Assembly: GCA_950097015.1 (NCBI GenBank)
Contig: CATNEN010000039.1
Coordinates: 9,920,001-9,984,000 of the forward strand
Direction of reading: 5' to 3'
Source of the DNA: Macrostomum hystrix
Lineage: Eukaryota; Animalia; Platyhelminthes
DNA: 64,000 bases
Numbering within the stretch: the first letter of the stretch is position 1; each line of letters opens with the position of its first letter. The position numbers were made by a program, and so were the translations under genes. Shown piece after piece: positions 1 through 13,100 of the stretch. The notes below the pieces were generated by a model. It was given only the letters and a program-made list of their open reading frames with translations. It was not told the DNA's origin and ran no database searches.

Positions 1-112
1 CCTTCACGACAGCCTCTGATACTCCCAACTGATTAGTCAGACGCTCCCCCAAATGATGAGTCAAAAACTCCCTAATGACAAAAAACTGACAGTTGCCCAA
101 CCCTGACCTGAC

Positions 113-445
113 CTCCAGCATAGCAACAGCCAAGCAGGCGGCCTCGGTGGCGCCAGCGCCTTCGGCAAGTCGGTCGCCGACCACCCGGCAGATGCGTTCG
201 CACAGGTCGGTGTAGGCGCGCTCATTACGGCGGCTGTAGCGGCCGGCACCTGAATTAAATTTTCCAAACTTTCAGCATTACACAACCGCGTGTTTATTTA
301 ACCATAAAATATGGTTAACCATAACCATAACCAACTTGAAGTTTAAGCCAGACATAATGAATCTTACCTGTGTGAACAGCAATGAACACCTTATTGCCAG
401 GCTGGAATAGGTCGAGTGTGCATTTTTTTAAATTATCCGTGTCTG
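113..445 (-). CDS. TASP1: Taspase-1 (threonine aspartase)-like gene, 5' exons; continues beyond window start
   Basis: Exon ending at 368 (..VFIAVHT-G|gtaag) splices to exon 249-113 (cag|..AGRYSRRNERAYTDLCERICRVVGDRLAEGAGATEAACLAVAMLE|gt). This matches the taspase/Ntn-asparaginase N-terminus (VHxGAG, helix, AxxAVxxLE). Start codon and 5' exon boundary not resolved. Confidence 0.7.
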
Positions 446-499
446 CTATTGTGAAAATGAGTGAGTGTGGCCAATACTAAATCTTAAGGGTCTAATCCC

Positions 500-585
500 A
501 ACTCAATGATGATAATTTGTGTCTTTCAGCAAGAAACTAAATTCCAATTGCTTCAGTTGAACCCGATGTATTATAAAATACCTAG
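500..585 (+). mobile_element. Degenerate CORE-like SINE relic
   Basis: GTGTCTTTCAGCAAGAAACTAAATTCCAATTGCTTCAGTTGAACCCGATGTA, similar to 58480-58520. Confidence 0.4.
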
Positions 586-678
586 TAGAATTTGTTGAAT
601 TAGAGTGGACTGAACAGCTGACTATAGTGGCCTAGCTTGCATTTCTAGCAATCTAACTTATAAGAAAATGTAGGCAAA

Positions 679-1046
679 GGGGCTCGGTGGCAGAGCGGTT
701 AACGCGTTTGCCTCTCGCGCCAAGGTCCCTGAACTCGATTCCGCGGCGAGGCCACATTCGTTTGGGGCGCAGCCGCGGAGAGAAGGCTTGGGGGCTTGAC
801 GTGCAATTTACATCCTTGAGGGCCAACCTCCAAGGCACAGTGAAAGTGTACACTGCCTGACGATGAGAAAGTCAGGGCAGATGTACACACCTGTGTGAGC
901 GTGTGCCTGCGTACAGAATCTGTGTGCGTGTGTGCTCAGGAGTCAGATGGAATGGGCAGAATTGCCTCCTCGCTGGCAGCGGGTCTAGTGTCACCACATG
1001 ATGTGCCATACCCGCAGCCCTCCTGCAACAATAATAATAACTATTC
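679..1046 (+). mobile_element. tRNA-derived SINE, family A, full-length
   Basis: A box TGGCAGAGCGG, B-box-like GAACTCGATTCC, (AAT)n tail, TSD atgtaggc(a/g)aa at 668-678 and 1047-1057. Homologous copies elsewhere in the window. Confidence 0.85.
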
Positions 1047-1206
1047 ATGTAGGCGAAATGATAAGTCGCGTTAAAACACGCCGCATAGAAATTGAAAATA
1101 TCTACAAGATAACGACAAATTTTCATTTTATTTTTTTGCGAGTAGTTTTATCCCAAGTTTGATCGCGAGTTCGAATCCGGCTGAGCAAAGAGCTGAGCAA
1201 TGCTGC

Positions 1207-4200
1207 TCATTCTTTGGGGTCCGAGTCGGCGCCACTGCCTCGCTGCATCACCTTGCCCAGGTCCTGCAGGCTGACAGAGGCGGAGCCCCGCCTAGCCGGC
1301 TTCTGCTGCGAGTGGTGCGGCTTCCAGCCAATGAAATTCACAAATTGAAACGTAGCCGGCACGCTGCGACCATTCTGGCCGTCGCCCGCGCCCTCGCCGC
1401 CGTACATATGATCGTAGATAGCGGCAGCGGCCGCCAGGCAGTCGCGATTCAGCCTGAGTGGCCGATTCCAAGCGGCGTTGGTCTCACCCATAGCCCTGAG
1501 ATCAGTGAGCAGTTCGTACATTGTTGGATAGCGGACAACAATTTCGTCTACGTCTATTGAAACCAGGGCGTAGCCGCAGTTCTGCATTAGGGCGCCCAGG
1601 TCAGCGTTGCTGGTGAACGGCGAGATGTGCGGCGCGAATCCGCCGAGCCGCTCCAGCTCAGCCAGCTGCAGGGAGCAGCGCAGCTCGTAGAGTGAGTCGC
1701 CGCCGAGGGTGCTTCCGAGCAGGCAGCCGTCTGGCTTCAGGGCCCGAAGGACCTCGCTGGATTGGATTGAATTTGGTTGGATTGGATTAGGTTGGATTGG
1801 ATTAGATTGGATTGTATAGGATTGGACTGAATAGGATTAGATTGGATTGAATAGGATTGGATTGGATTGGATTGGATTGGAGTGGATTGGATAGGATAGG
1901 ATTGGATAGGATAGGCTTGGATAGGATTGGATTGAATAGGATTTGGTTGGTTTTGATTAGATTGGATAGGATTTGATTGGATTGGATTTGATTGGATTGG
2001 GTTGAATAGGATTGGGTTGGATAGGATTGGGTTGGATTGGATTGGATAGGATTGGGTCGGTTTTGAATGGATTGGATTGAATCGGATAGGATTGGATTGG
2101 ATTGGATTAGATTGAATCGGATAGGATTGGATTGGATTGAATCGGATAGGATTGAATTGGATTGCATTAGATTGAATCGGATAGGATTGGATTGGATTGA
2201 ATAGGATAGGATTGGATTGGATTGGATTGGATTGGATAGGATTGGGTTGGGTTGTATAGGATTGGATTGGATTGGATTGGATTGGATTGGATAGGATTGG
2301 GTTGGGTTGTATAGGATTGGATTGGATTGGATTGGATTGGATTGGATTGAATCGTATAGGATTGGATTGGATTGAATCGGATAGGATTGGATTGGATTGA
2401 ATCGGATAGGATTGAATTGGATTGGATTAGATTGAATCGGATAGGATTGGATTGGATTGAATAGGATAGGATTGGATTGGATTGGGTTGGATTGGATTGG
2501 ATAGGATTGGGTCGGTTTTGAATGGATTGGATTGAATCGGATAGGATTGGATTGGATTGGATTAGATTGAATCGGATAGGATTGGATTGGATTGAATCGG
2601 ATAGGATTGAATTGGATTGGATTAGATTGAATCGGATAGGATTGGATTGGATTGAATAGGATAGGATTGGATTGGATTGGGTTGGATTGGATTGGATAGG
2701 ATTGGGTTGGGTTGTATAGGATTGGATTGGATTGGATTGGATTGGATTGGATAGGATTGGGTTGGGTTGTATAGGATTGGATTGGATTGGATTGGATTTG
2801 ATTGAATCGGATTGGATTGGATTGGATTGAATAGGATAGGATTGGGTTGGATAGGATTGGGTTGGATAGGATTGGGTTGGATTGGATTGGATAGGATTGG
2901 GTTGGTTTTGAATGGATTGGATTGAATCGGATAAGATTGCATTGGATTGGATTGGATTGGATTGGATTGGGTTGTATAGGATTGCATTGGATTGAATCGG
3001 ATTGGATTGGATTGGATTGAATAGGATAGGATTGGGTTGGATAGGATTGGGTTGGATAGGATTGGGTTGGATAGGATTGGGTTGGATAGGATTGGGTTGG
3101 ATAGGATTGGGTTGGATAGGATTAGGTTGGATTGGATTGGATAGGATTGGGTTGGTTTTGAATGGATTGGATTGAATCGGATTGGGTTGGATTGGATTGT
3201 ATTGGATTGGGTTTTGTCGGACTGGTATTTTGTGTGTGGTTACGACTGAGCATTGGGGCTAGCAGATGCATGTTAAACAAGCTATTTCCTGACGCGAAAC
3301 TTACCGAGAGAAAAAGCCGGGCAAGTCGTTAATCCAGTGAAGGCTGGAATGGAAAATGATAGCAATGTTTCTTATTCGAACAAGCTACTCTAAAAAGGGC
3401 CGTTTTGAAACCAGCAATGTTTTTTTAATCTCACCTCATACTAGTCACCACCAAATCCAGCGAGTTTTCAGCGAACGGAAAGAAATTCTCGCCCTCAATA
3501 AGGACATTGTGAGTTGGGACCTCTGACGACTTGGACGCTTTGACTAGAGCCTCGGGCAGCCAGTCGCACTGGTAGATTCGCTTGGCCATATCCGAGGTGA
3601 TGTGTTTGGCGATGTAGCCGGTGTCGCAGCCGTAGTCGACTATGACATCGAATTCGCTGGTTGAAGATGGCAATGGTTGGTAACGAATGCGAGTTGGTGT
3701 TGGTTTTATGGCAAATACTCGTATTTTTCATGCATCATCACAGGAATGTTCCAGCTGTAATTCTTTCAGAATGGGAATTCTGTGGTAAAAGACTAAACAG
3801 CTTTGCAAAGATGTTAGGAAGTTGATAGAGAACTAGGGATCGGAGAGTTTTGGGAGTTGGGGAGAAGAGGGGATTGAGAATTTCGGAGAATAAAAGAGCT
3901 TAGAAAATAGGGGAGTTATCGGTAATTAGGGAATTCGGGGAATTGGAGACTTAGGGATTGGGAAGATTTTAAAATGAGGGAGATTTGGGGATTTGGAAGT
4001 TTTGGGAATTGTGGAGAGCTTAGGAAAAGGAAGTATCTTGGAAATTTGGCAGCTGGATTTAAGGAATGAGAATTTTACGTGTTGAGAATCGGACGTGTTG
4101 GGAATTGGGGAGATTTTGGGATTGAGAAGATTTCGGAATGAGAGAGATTAAGGGAGTTTTGCAGACTTCAAGATTTTAGGGTTTGAGTGCTTTGGGAATC

Positions 4201-4513
4201 AGGGTATTAGATTTTAGAATCGGGGAGTTTTGGGAATTGGTCAGTCAGCTCACCGTTTGATGTCGCAGATCCTGTCGAAGGTTCGCCAGCCCATCTCCTC
4301 GCGCAGGTATTCGCTGCACCGCCGCTCCGGGCGCAGGAGGCCGCGCCTCCGCTGACGCAGCTTGGCTCGGCGGTCGAATACGTTCATGACCGAGGCCGAT
4401 GACGACGCGGATGACGACGATAACGATGACGTCATCATGCCCGCGAACTTGATAGCAATGCGCCGCTGACAGCGGAACGCAACGGCCGAACAGGCAGCGC
4501 TGATGAAGCCAAG
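1207..4513 (-). CDS. NDUFAF5: NDUFAF5 (complex I assembly factor, SAM-dependent methyltransferase fold), 4 exons
   Basis: Exons 4513-4254, 3656-3435, 3343-3305, 1756-1207 join in frame with GT-AG sites. Motifs: [101 protein letters not shown]. First in-frame ATG at 4438; frame is open back to an acceptor at 4514. Confidence 0.93.
1759..3210. repeat. (ATTGG)n pentamer satellite filling NDUFAF5 intron 3
   Basis: Direct reading; variants ATAGG, GTTGG, ATTGA. Confidence 0.97.
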
Positions 4514-4532
4514 CTAGAATTTTAGAGTAGCG

Positions 4533-4722
4533 AGACCACATGCATTTCTGGCGCAGCCGCGGAGAGATGGCTTGGAGGCCTTGTCGTCCAATTCATCACT
4601 GGCCATTCCAAGGCGCAGTGACAGTGTACACTGCCTGACGATGAGAAAGTCAGGGGAAGATGTACACACCCTGTGTGAGTGTGTGCTTTTTTACAGTATC
4701 TGTGTGCGTGTGTTCTCAGGGT
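4533..4722 (+). mobile_element. SINE family A, internal fragment
   Basis: GCGCAGCCGCGGAGAGA...GTGTACACTGCCTGACGATGAGAAAGTCAGGG shared with 679-1046. Confidence 0.8.
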
Positions 4723-5854
4723 GGCCTTCTCGTTTCATGAAAGTTAAAAGTTTTTTTTTTAAAAACTAATTTAGTGAATGACAAGACGACTCAAAAAGTA
4801 TGTTGCTAAGCCTACGTTCGAGAAAAAGAACAGATAAAGTATTATATAGTAATTGATTCACTTATGGAGTTTGTGAGTTTATTTTATTCGCTTTTTGGCC
4901 ATAAACTGTTTTAGCATAGTTTTTTCAGAGGAAATAAGAGAGGCACAGTTGACCTAGATCATAAATATGTTAGCTAATTCTTCCCTTGAAAAAACGCAAA
5001 ATAGGCACTGATTGTACTACTGTGTATAAGGGAAACAACAGTAGCAACATAACAAATTAGATTCTTATTTTGATCGCTAACTTGTGGTTGGTAGACTAAT
5101 GATAGTGGGAATAATGTTTATCTTAATGATTTTCTTCATTTAACAAGGGTGAACGAATGGTCGATTTCTCTATTGCTGCTTCTACCAATATCAATGGCAT
5201 AAAATCACAGCAGTCAAGGGTTGGGCCGAGTTTAACTCCATTGAACTCAGCCGCAAAAATGTTCAGATAATAAATTTGCGTCACAAGAAGAAACATTAAC
5301 AGCAATAAAAACAAAGAAGACAAACAGACAGCCAAAACAAGATTTCTAACGAATAGAAGTTATTGAAAAGTGAAATAACAGTAACAGCTTAGCAATATGA
5401 AATGAAGAATTATTGTCATAATGAAGCAATTCTATTGTTAGTGTCAATGATCAAATCTAGGGTTATATCTGGTTATAAAGAAACAATTAAACAAAATCAG
5501 GCATTGGCACACTTCAGTTTATGCTACTAGTATGAGTTCGCATTTGTATTGTAAGATGAAGCATTTTTTGTCTTGAACAAGTCATCAGATTCTACTCGCA
5601 TGAGTAGTAGTGTATAATATATATGCTCAGAAAGTCAGTATACATTTTCTAGGCTAAAGAAACAAGAAAAAACACGCGTTCAGTAAAACAAACAATTAAC
5701 TGGACCTGGGATGCCATGTGATGAGCGAGCAGAAGCATTTGTTAAAGTGAAGTGTTGCACTTAAAATACGTTTAGCAAAGTTTAAATTAGCTGAAAACAA
5801 GGTAAGCAGGTATTAACTTTTGTCCGTAGGATAAAGTATAGTACTAAAAAATTC

Positions 5855-6393
5855 CGGACATAGTACCGAACATCACGGACATTGCCCCAAACAACATGAT
5901 AGACATTGTTCTGAACAAAATGATGGACATTGTTTCTAACAACATCACGGACATGTACTGAACAACATGATAGACATGGTCCAGGCCCCTTTGCTCCTAA
6001 CAACATTGCCCCAAAAAACATCACGGACATTGTCCCTAACAACATCGCGGACATTGTGTTCTCAACTAACGTTGCATCCCGGACATTGTGTTCCCAACTA
6101 ACGTTGCATCCCGGACATTGTGTTTCCAACTAACAGTGCATCCCGGACATTGTGTTTCCAACTAACATTGCATCCCGGACATTGTGTTTCCAACTAACAT
6201 TGCATCCCGGACATTGTGTTTCCAACTAACAGTACATCCCGCACATTGTGTTCCCAACTAACAGTACATCCCGGACATTGTGTTCCCAACTAACAGTGCA
6301 TCCCGGACATTGTGTTCCCAACTAACAGTACATCCCGGACATTGTGTTCCCAACTAACAGTACATCCCGGACATTGTGATCCCAACTAACAGT
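5855..6393. repeat. 32-bp minisatellite (AACTAACAGTACATCCCGGACATTGTGTTCCC), ~10 copies plus degenerate 5' flank
   Basis: Regular units 6064-6393, just downstream of the GMPPB stop. Confidence 0.93.
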
Positions 6394-6447
6394 GCGTCAA
6401 GGAACCAATGGAATGAAGAGTTCAGAGTGCAGCAGCTGGGGAGTGTC

Positions 6448-8833
6448 CTACATGATAATCTGCGGCTCCGGCTGTGACTCGCCGATGCTCTTGTGCGGCA
6501 GAATTCGGCAGCCATTCAAATAGATCTCATCGTTGACGCTGACATCTTCGCCCAGCACGCAGACGGACTCCATGCGCACCCAGCGGCCAATGTGACAGCG
6601 CCAGCCGATGATGCAGGAATCGATCCAGCTGTGCTGCCGAATCTTTGAACCCTCCAGCACCGTGCTGCGACGAATCCTGACGCCATCTTCGATGACAACG
6701 CCTGGACCGATGACCACGTTGGGGCCGATGCGACAGTTGCGGCCGATGCTGGCGGTGGGGTGCACCAGGCTGCTGGTGATCACCGTGCCGCTGCTGCTGA
6801 CGTCAGCGGCGTTGTTACCGGAGGAGTCCGGGCTTACTGGCGAATTAGCGATGTACATGCACATGCCTGCAGAGCGGGTGAGATTTCGTCAGATTCAAAG
6901 AGAGATCAGGGTGGGATTTCGTCTCCGAACGGAGATTCAAACAGATCAGGGTGAGATTTCTACGGAGATTCAAAGAGAGATCAGGGTGAGATTTCGTCAG
7001 AGATTCAAAGAGAGATCAGGGTGAGATTTCGTCAGAGATTCAAAGAGAGATCAGAGTGAGATTTGGATGGAGATTCAAAGAGAGATCAGGGTGAGATTTC
7101 TACGGAGATTCAAAGAGAGATCAGGGTGAGATTTCGTCAGAGATTCAAAGAGAGATCTGGGTGAGATTTCGACAGAGATTCAAAGAGAGATCAGGGTGAG
7201 ATTTCTACGGAGATTCAAAAAGAGATCAGGGTGAGATTTCGTCAGAGATTTAAAGAGAGATCAGGAAGAAATTTCGACAGAGATTCAAACAGATCAGGGT
7301 GAGATTTCGACAGAGATTCAAACAGAGATCAGGGTGAGATTTGGATGGAGATTCAAAGAGAGATCAGGGTGAGATTTCGACAGAGATTCAAAGAGAGATC
7401 AGGGTGAGATTTCGACAGAGATTCAAAGAGAGATCAGGGTGAGATTTCGTCAGAGATTCAAAGAGAGATCAGGGTGAGATTTCGACAGAGATTCAAAGAG
7501 AGATCAGGGTGAGATTTCTACGGAGATTCAAAAAGAGATCAGGGTGAGATTTCGTCAGAGATTTAAAGAGAGATCAGGAAGGAATTTCGACAGAGATTCA
7601 AACAGATCAGGGTGAGATTTCGACAGAGATTCAAAGAGAGATCAGGGTGAGATTTGGATGGAGATTCAAAGAGAGATCAGGGTGAGATTTCGACAGAGAT
7701 TCAAAGAGAGATCAGGGTGAGATTTCGACAGAGATTCAAAGAGAGATAAGGGTGAGATTTCGTCAGAGATACAAAGAGATCAGGGTGAGATTTCGACAGA
7801 GATTTAAAGAGAGATCAGGGTGAGATTTTGACAGAGATTTAAAGAGAGATCAGGGTGAGATTTCGTCAGAGATACAAAGAGATCAGGGTGAGATTTCCAC
7901 GGAGATTCAAAGAGAGATCAGGGTGAGATTTCCACGGAGATTCAAAGAGAGATCAGGGTGAGATTTCGTCAGAGATTCAAAGAGAGATCAAGGTGAGATT
8001 TCGTCAGAGATTCAAAGAGAGATCAAGGTGAGATTTCGTCAGAGATTCAAAGAGAGACCAAGGTGAGATTTCGTCAGAGATTCAAAGAGAGATCAAGGTG
8101 AGATTTCGTCACGGTTCTCAAGTCCCAGTAAGTGACACTCACCAGTGAGGAAGTCCTTGGGCTGTCCAACATCCATCCAGAAGCCTTGAAGCTCCATGGC
8201 GTACAGGTTGCCCTGCTGCACCATCAGCGGGAACGTCTCCTTCTCGATGGAGGTCGGCCTATTGGGGATCTTGTCCAAAATTGACCGACTGAAAATGTAC
8301 AGTCCGGCGTTGATCTTATTTGAGACGAATTCCTGAGGCTTCTCAACGAATCGGTCGATGAGTCCGCTGGCTTCGTCGTACACAACTACGCCGTATTTGG
8401 AAGGCTCCTCGACTTTAGTGACCATGATGGTGCCCTCGCGACCGTGGGCCCGGTGAAAGCTGATCATCTCCTTGAAGGGGAATTGGCAGATGACGTCACT
8501 GTTCAGGACGAAGAACGGCTCGCTGGGATCGGCGGCCTGGCTCAGCCATTTCTCGGCCAGTTTCAACGGCCCAGCGGTGCCCAGCGGCTCCTCCTCGAAC
8601 GAGAAGGTGAAGGTCACGCCGAGTCGTTCGCCCTCCTTCATTAGGCGCTGCTCCATCAGCTCGGCGCGGTAGCTGACGGCCAAGATCACGTGATCGACGC
8701 CAACAGCGGCCAAAGCTTCAACTTGATGAAGCATCATCGGCTTGTTGCAGAACTCAACCAGCGGCTTAGGCTGTGACAGGGTCAGGGGACGCAGCCGGGT
8801 TCCGTAGCCGCCAACAAGGATTAAGGCCTTCAT
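6448..8833 (-). CDS. GMPPB: Mannose-1-phosphate guanylyltransferase beta, 2 exons
   Basis: Exon 8833-8143 ([42 protein letters not shown]|gtgag) and exon 6866-6448 (hexapeptide repeats, [24 protein letters not shown]). Confidence 0.97.
6876..8110. repeat. 35-bp minisatellite filling the GMPPB intron
   Basis: Unit GAGAGATCAGGGTGAGATTTCGTCAGAGATTCAAA, ~35 copies. Confidence 0.97.
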
Positions 8834-9674
8834 AGCTGCAGGCTTTTTGTTAGACTAATAAAAAAAGCAAAAATTTGCTGAAAAGCAAGCGCAAAGTGGA
8901 TTTTTGCTAACCAAGTAGAGCTAGGCTATTTATTCCGGTGGGACAGGGACTCCTATAGTCTTCTGTCTGTGAGTGTGTGGGATGTTGTGCTACGGGGTTG
9001 GGATCTGGCTGCATTAAATGCCCCACTCAAGTAAAAGAAATGGGTGGGTTTGTCCTACTAACTGCTGGAACAGCTGTGCTGAGCAAACAAATCTCTTACA
9101 ACCCAATAAAATTCACATTTGCGGACAGCTTAAGAAACTATATTATAGAACAGTTTAGTATAATATAACAGTACTAAAACTATATCACTAGAAATAAATA
9201 AATAGTAACTGGACAAGCAGGCAACAGACAATAGCTTTTATAATTGTATAATTGATAAAACAGGTCGTTGCAGTGTTCAAAGAATTCTCTACCTAGCTAT
9301 CAATGAATTATAAAATCGTTTTCATGCAATGTTTAGGATTACACAAACAAATTTTTATCACTTTCAGTCACTCAGTTTATAAAAATTATTGCACATATAT
9401 AACAGATTTATCATTTGAATATAATAATTCAACAAAGCATGACTACTCACAGTAGCCACTGTCTGCGACACAATACCATTGAATTTCAACAAATTGGTTT
9501 TTATGCTAGAAAAAAATTCATTGGAGGGCATAACAGGTTGTATGTTCGAATCCGCAGTTAATCAATAGATAAGACAAGATATTGGATGGGACTGTATACT
9601 TTTTTAACACTAATATCACAAAATTAAACTGAATTTTATAAAGTTCTAAGCTTCTTAGCTTCAAATCTGAAGTT

Positions 9675-9975
9675 CACAACCTGACGATCAAAACCCGAAG
9701 GGTCACAACCTGAAGGTAACAACCTGAAGGTCACAACCTGAAGGTCACAACCTGAAGGTCACAACCTGAAGGTCACAACCTAAAGGTCACAACCTGAAGG
9801 TCACAACCTGAAGGTCACAACCTAAAGGTCACAACCTGAAGGTCACAACCTGAAGGTCACAACCTGAAGGCAACCAACTCTCACGAAGTTTTTTTCAAAC
9901 ACTAAAACAGTACGAAGGTCACAAGATCTGAAGGACAGAACCTGAAGAGTCCCGACCTGAAGGTCACAACCAGAG
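9675..9975. repeat. 14-bp minisatellite (CACAACCTGAAGGT)
   Basis: Direct reading. Confidence 0.93.
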
Positions 9976-10144
9976 TGCAATAAACTCTCATGAAAGCAAA
10001 CCTGAAGTAATCTGAAAATCCTACTCTGAAGGCAAGCTGAACCTCATGAGAACAAACAGCGAATACTGAGCAAATAAATTAATCTCTGCAAGTTTCTGAG
10101 ATACAAGCTAACTAATGGGCTAATCAAACGATTTGAATAGGCCT

Positions 10145-13100
10145 TCACGCATTCGGCGATGCTGACGAAGCTTCAGAAACGGAGCCGGGCCGCCGGGTAG
10201 TCATCCAGGAGCAGCAGCGCAGGTGTGCCGGCTGTCCGTCGGCCGTCAGTACGAAGGCGGCTGTCGTTGACGAGTCGGCGATGTCGGCGGCTGTCGACCT
10301 TGAAGCGTTGTTGTCTTCGTCGAAGCGCCGATGACAGAGGGCGCAACGAGTGCTCTCGGTAAGGCTGACGCGGGAGCGACAGTTCGGCAGGCTGGCCAGC
10401 TGGTGTGATAGGCCTGCCTGGAAAGTCAAGAACGCATAAAAAATAACTTCTCAAATTCTATAAATTAAGGACCATTACATCCAGTGATAGCTGCATTTAG
10501 TACCGTAGTAATATCAGAGCCAAGGATTACCTAATCTGGGTCGAGAGACTAAATCGAGGACCACCAAACCTAGTACCTTTACGCTCATAAATTTGCGATC
10601 ACAAAATCTATGGGCAAGCAAATCCCAGATCCCAAGCTCACCTGAGCGGCCACCGCAAGGCCTTTGGCCAGACACGCCGATGATCTGCGATGCAGAGCCC
10701 GCCTCAAAGCAGAGCACAGAAACGGTTGCAGCGGCGCCACGGGATAATTGGCCGGCAGCAGCGGCAGGACTCGCTCACCGTCAGCAGGCACATCCGGCCT
10801 ATTCAGCAGGCGCACAGCGGAGCCCAGCAGACGATCCCGATGCTCGCCGGAGAGGCAGATCGCCAGCAGGGCTGACCAGCAGGGTCCGGGCGACGGCTGG
10901 CTGGCGCACAGCTCGGCGGCGGCGTCGCAGTCGCCGAGGTCCAGCAGGAGGACTCGCAGAGCACTATCGATGTCGCCGCAGCGGGCAAGCAGCTCGGCCA
11001 GGTGTGGCAGCAGCGTCGATTCGCTGGAGTCTTCGCCGCTAGTGCGGGACTGCGTATTTATGAATTTTTATAGATTAGCAAATCCATTTTAGAGTACTTA
11101 TAGTAGAAATATAAACATTTTTAATAACAGAATTTAATCTAATCCATTTTAGACTACTTATAGTAGAAATATAAACATTTTAAATATCAGAATTTAATCT
11201 AATCCATTCTAGACTACTTTTAGCAGCAAAAAAACTTTTTAAATGAAACAAATTTAAATCTCACCAGCAGTGTCTGCAGCCGGCCAAGTAGGAACTGGGC
11301 TCTGTAGGCAGTGGAACTGCGCAGAAAGCTCAAAAGACGATTTCTAAGAGAGGTCGCCAAATCCGAGTCTAAAATAAGAGCCAGGAACTGCTCATTGCAA
11401 ATTTCTCTTGAGAACATTACAATAGCGAAAGACAGCAACAAGTAAAGGAATCTAGAAAAAAAGCGAAACAAAAAAGTTTCTTACCAATAACAATACTGAT
11501 CGTAATTAAAATTGTCTCACTGACCTCCGATAAGCTAAGCGATATACTAATAGCCCTCATTGCCATCCCAACAGCCTCCATCCCCATCTAAAGATCCTCA
11601 TTCCCCATCCAAGTAGCATTAATCCCCATCTAAGTAGCATTAATCCCCATCTAAGTAGCATCAATCCCCATCTAAGTAGCATTAATCCCCATCTAAGTAG
11701 CATTAATCCCCATCTAAGTAGCATCAATCCCCATCTAAGTAGCATTAATCCCCATCTAAGTAGCATTAATCCCCATCTAAGTAGCATTATTCCCCATCCA
11801 AATAGCATTAATCCCCATCCGAGTAGCATTAATCCCTATCCAAGTAGCATCAATCCCCCCATCCAAATCGCATTAATCCCCATCCAAGTAGCATTAATCC
11901 CCATCTAAGTAGCATTAATCCCCATCTAAGTAGCATTAATCCCCATCTAAGTAGCATTAATCCCCATCTAAGTAGCATTAATCCCCATCTAAGTAGCATT
12001 AATCCCCATCTAAGTAGCATTAATCCCCATCCAAGTAGCATTATTCCCCATCCAAATAGCATTAATCCCCATCCATATAGCATTAATCCCCATCTAAGTA
12101 GCATTAATCCCCCATCCAAATAGCATTAATCCCCATCCGAGTAGCATTAATCCCCCATCCAAGTAGCATCAATCCCCCCATCCAAATCGCATTAATCCCC
12201 ATCCAAGTAGCATTAATCCCCCATCCAAGTAGCATCAATCCCCCCATCCAAATCGCATTATTCCCCATCCAAATCGCATTAATCCCCATCCAAGTAGCAT
12301 CAATCCCCCCATCCAAATCGCATTAATCCCCATCCAAGTAGCATTAATCCCCCATCCAAGTAGCATCAATCCCCCCATCCAAATCGCATTAATCCCCATC
12401 CAAGTAGCATTAATCCCCCATCCGAGTAGCATTAATCCCTCCATCCAAATCGCATTAATCCCCATCTAAGTAGCATCAATCCCCCCATCCAAATCGCATT
12501 AATCCCCATCCAAGTAGCATTAATCCCCCATCCAAGTAGCATTAATCCCCCATCCAAATAGCATTAATCCCCATCCAAGTAGCATTAATCCCCCATCCAA
12601 ATAGCATTAATCCCTATCCAAATCGCATTAATCCCCATCCAAGTAGCATTAATCCCCCATCCGAGTAGCATTAATCCCTCCATCCAAATCGCATTAATCC
12701 CCATCCAAGTAGCATTAATCCCCCATCCAAATAGCATTAATCCCTATCCAAATCGCATTAATCCCCATCTAAGTAGCATTAATCCCCCATCCAAATAGCA
12801 TTAATCCCCATCTAAGTAGCATTAATCCCCCATCCAAATAGCATTAATCCCCATCCAAGTAGCATCAATCCCTCCATCCAAATCGCATTAATCCCCATCT
12901 AAGTAGCATTAATCCCCCATCCAAATAGCATTAATCCCCATCCAAGTAGCATTAATCCCCCATCCAAATAGCCTCAAACCCCATCTAAAACCCGCATTAC
13001 CAGGTCAAGCAAGAAACATCGCTTCAAAACTCACCGCAATCCACCCCGGCCTCTTCAACGGCCTCCAGATACAGCGCCCCCAGTCGGGTATGCAGCCGTT

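Noticed and set aside
679-755. tRNA gene (also 27400-27467, 31474-31545, 58631-58700)
   Set aside because: A/B boxes are present but there is no complete cloverleaf; they continue into shared SINE bodies with tails and TSDs.
850-890. Hammerhead ribozyme core CTGACGA..GAAA in SINE A
   Set aside because: Only 3 nt separate CTGACGA and GAAA, so stem II cannot form; the sequence folds as a simple hairpin.
6876-8110. CRISPR-like arrays (also 18930-19448, 41370-42390)
   Set aside because: Units are head-to-tail with no unique spacers, there are no cas genes, and the context is eukaryotic introns.
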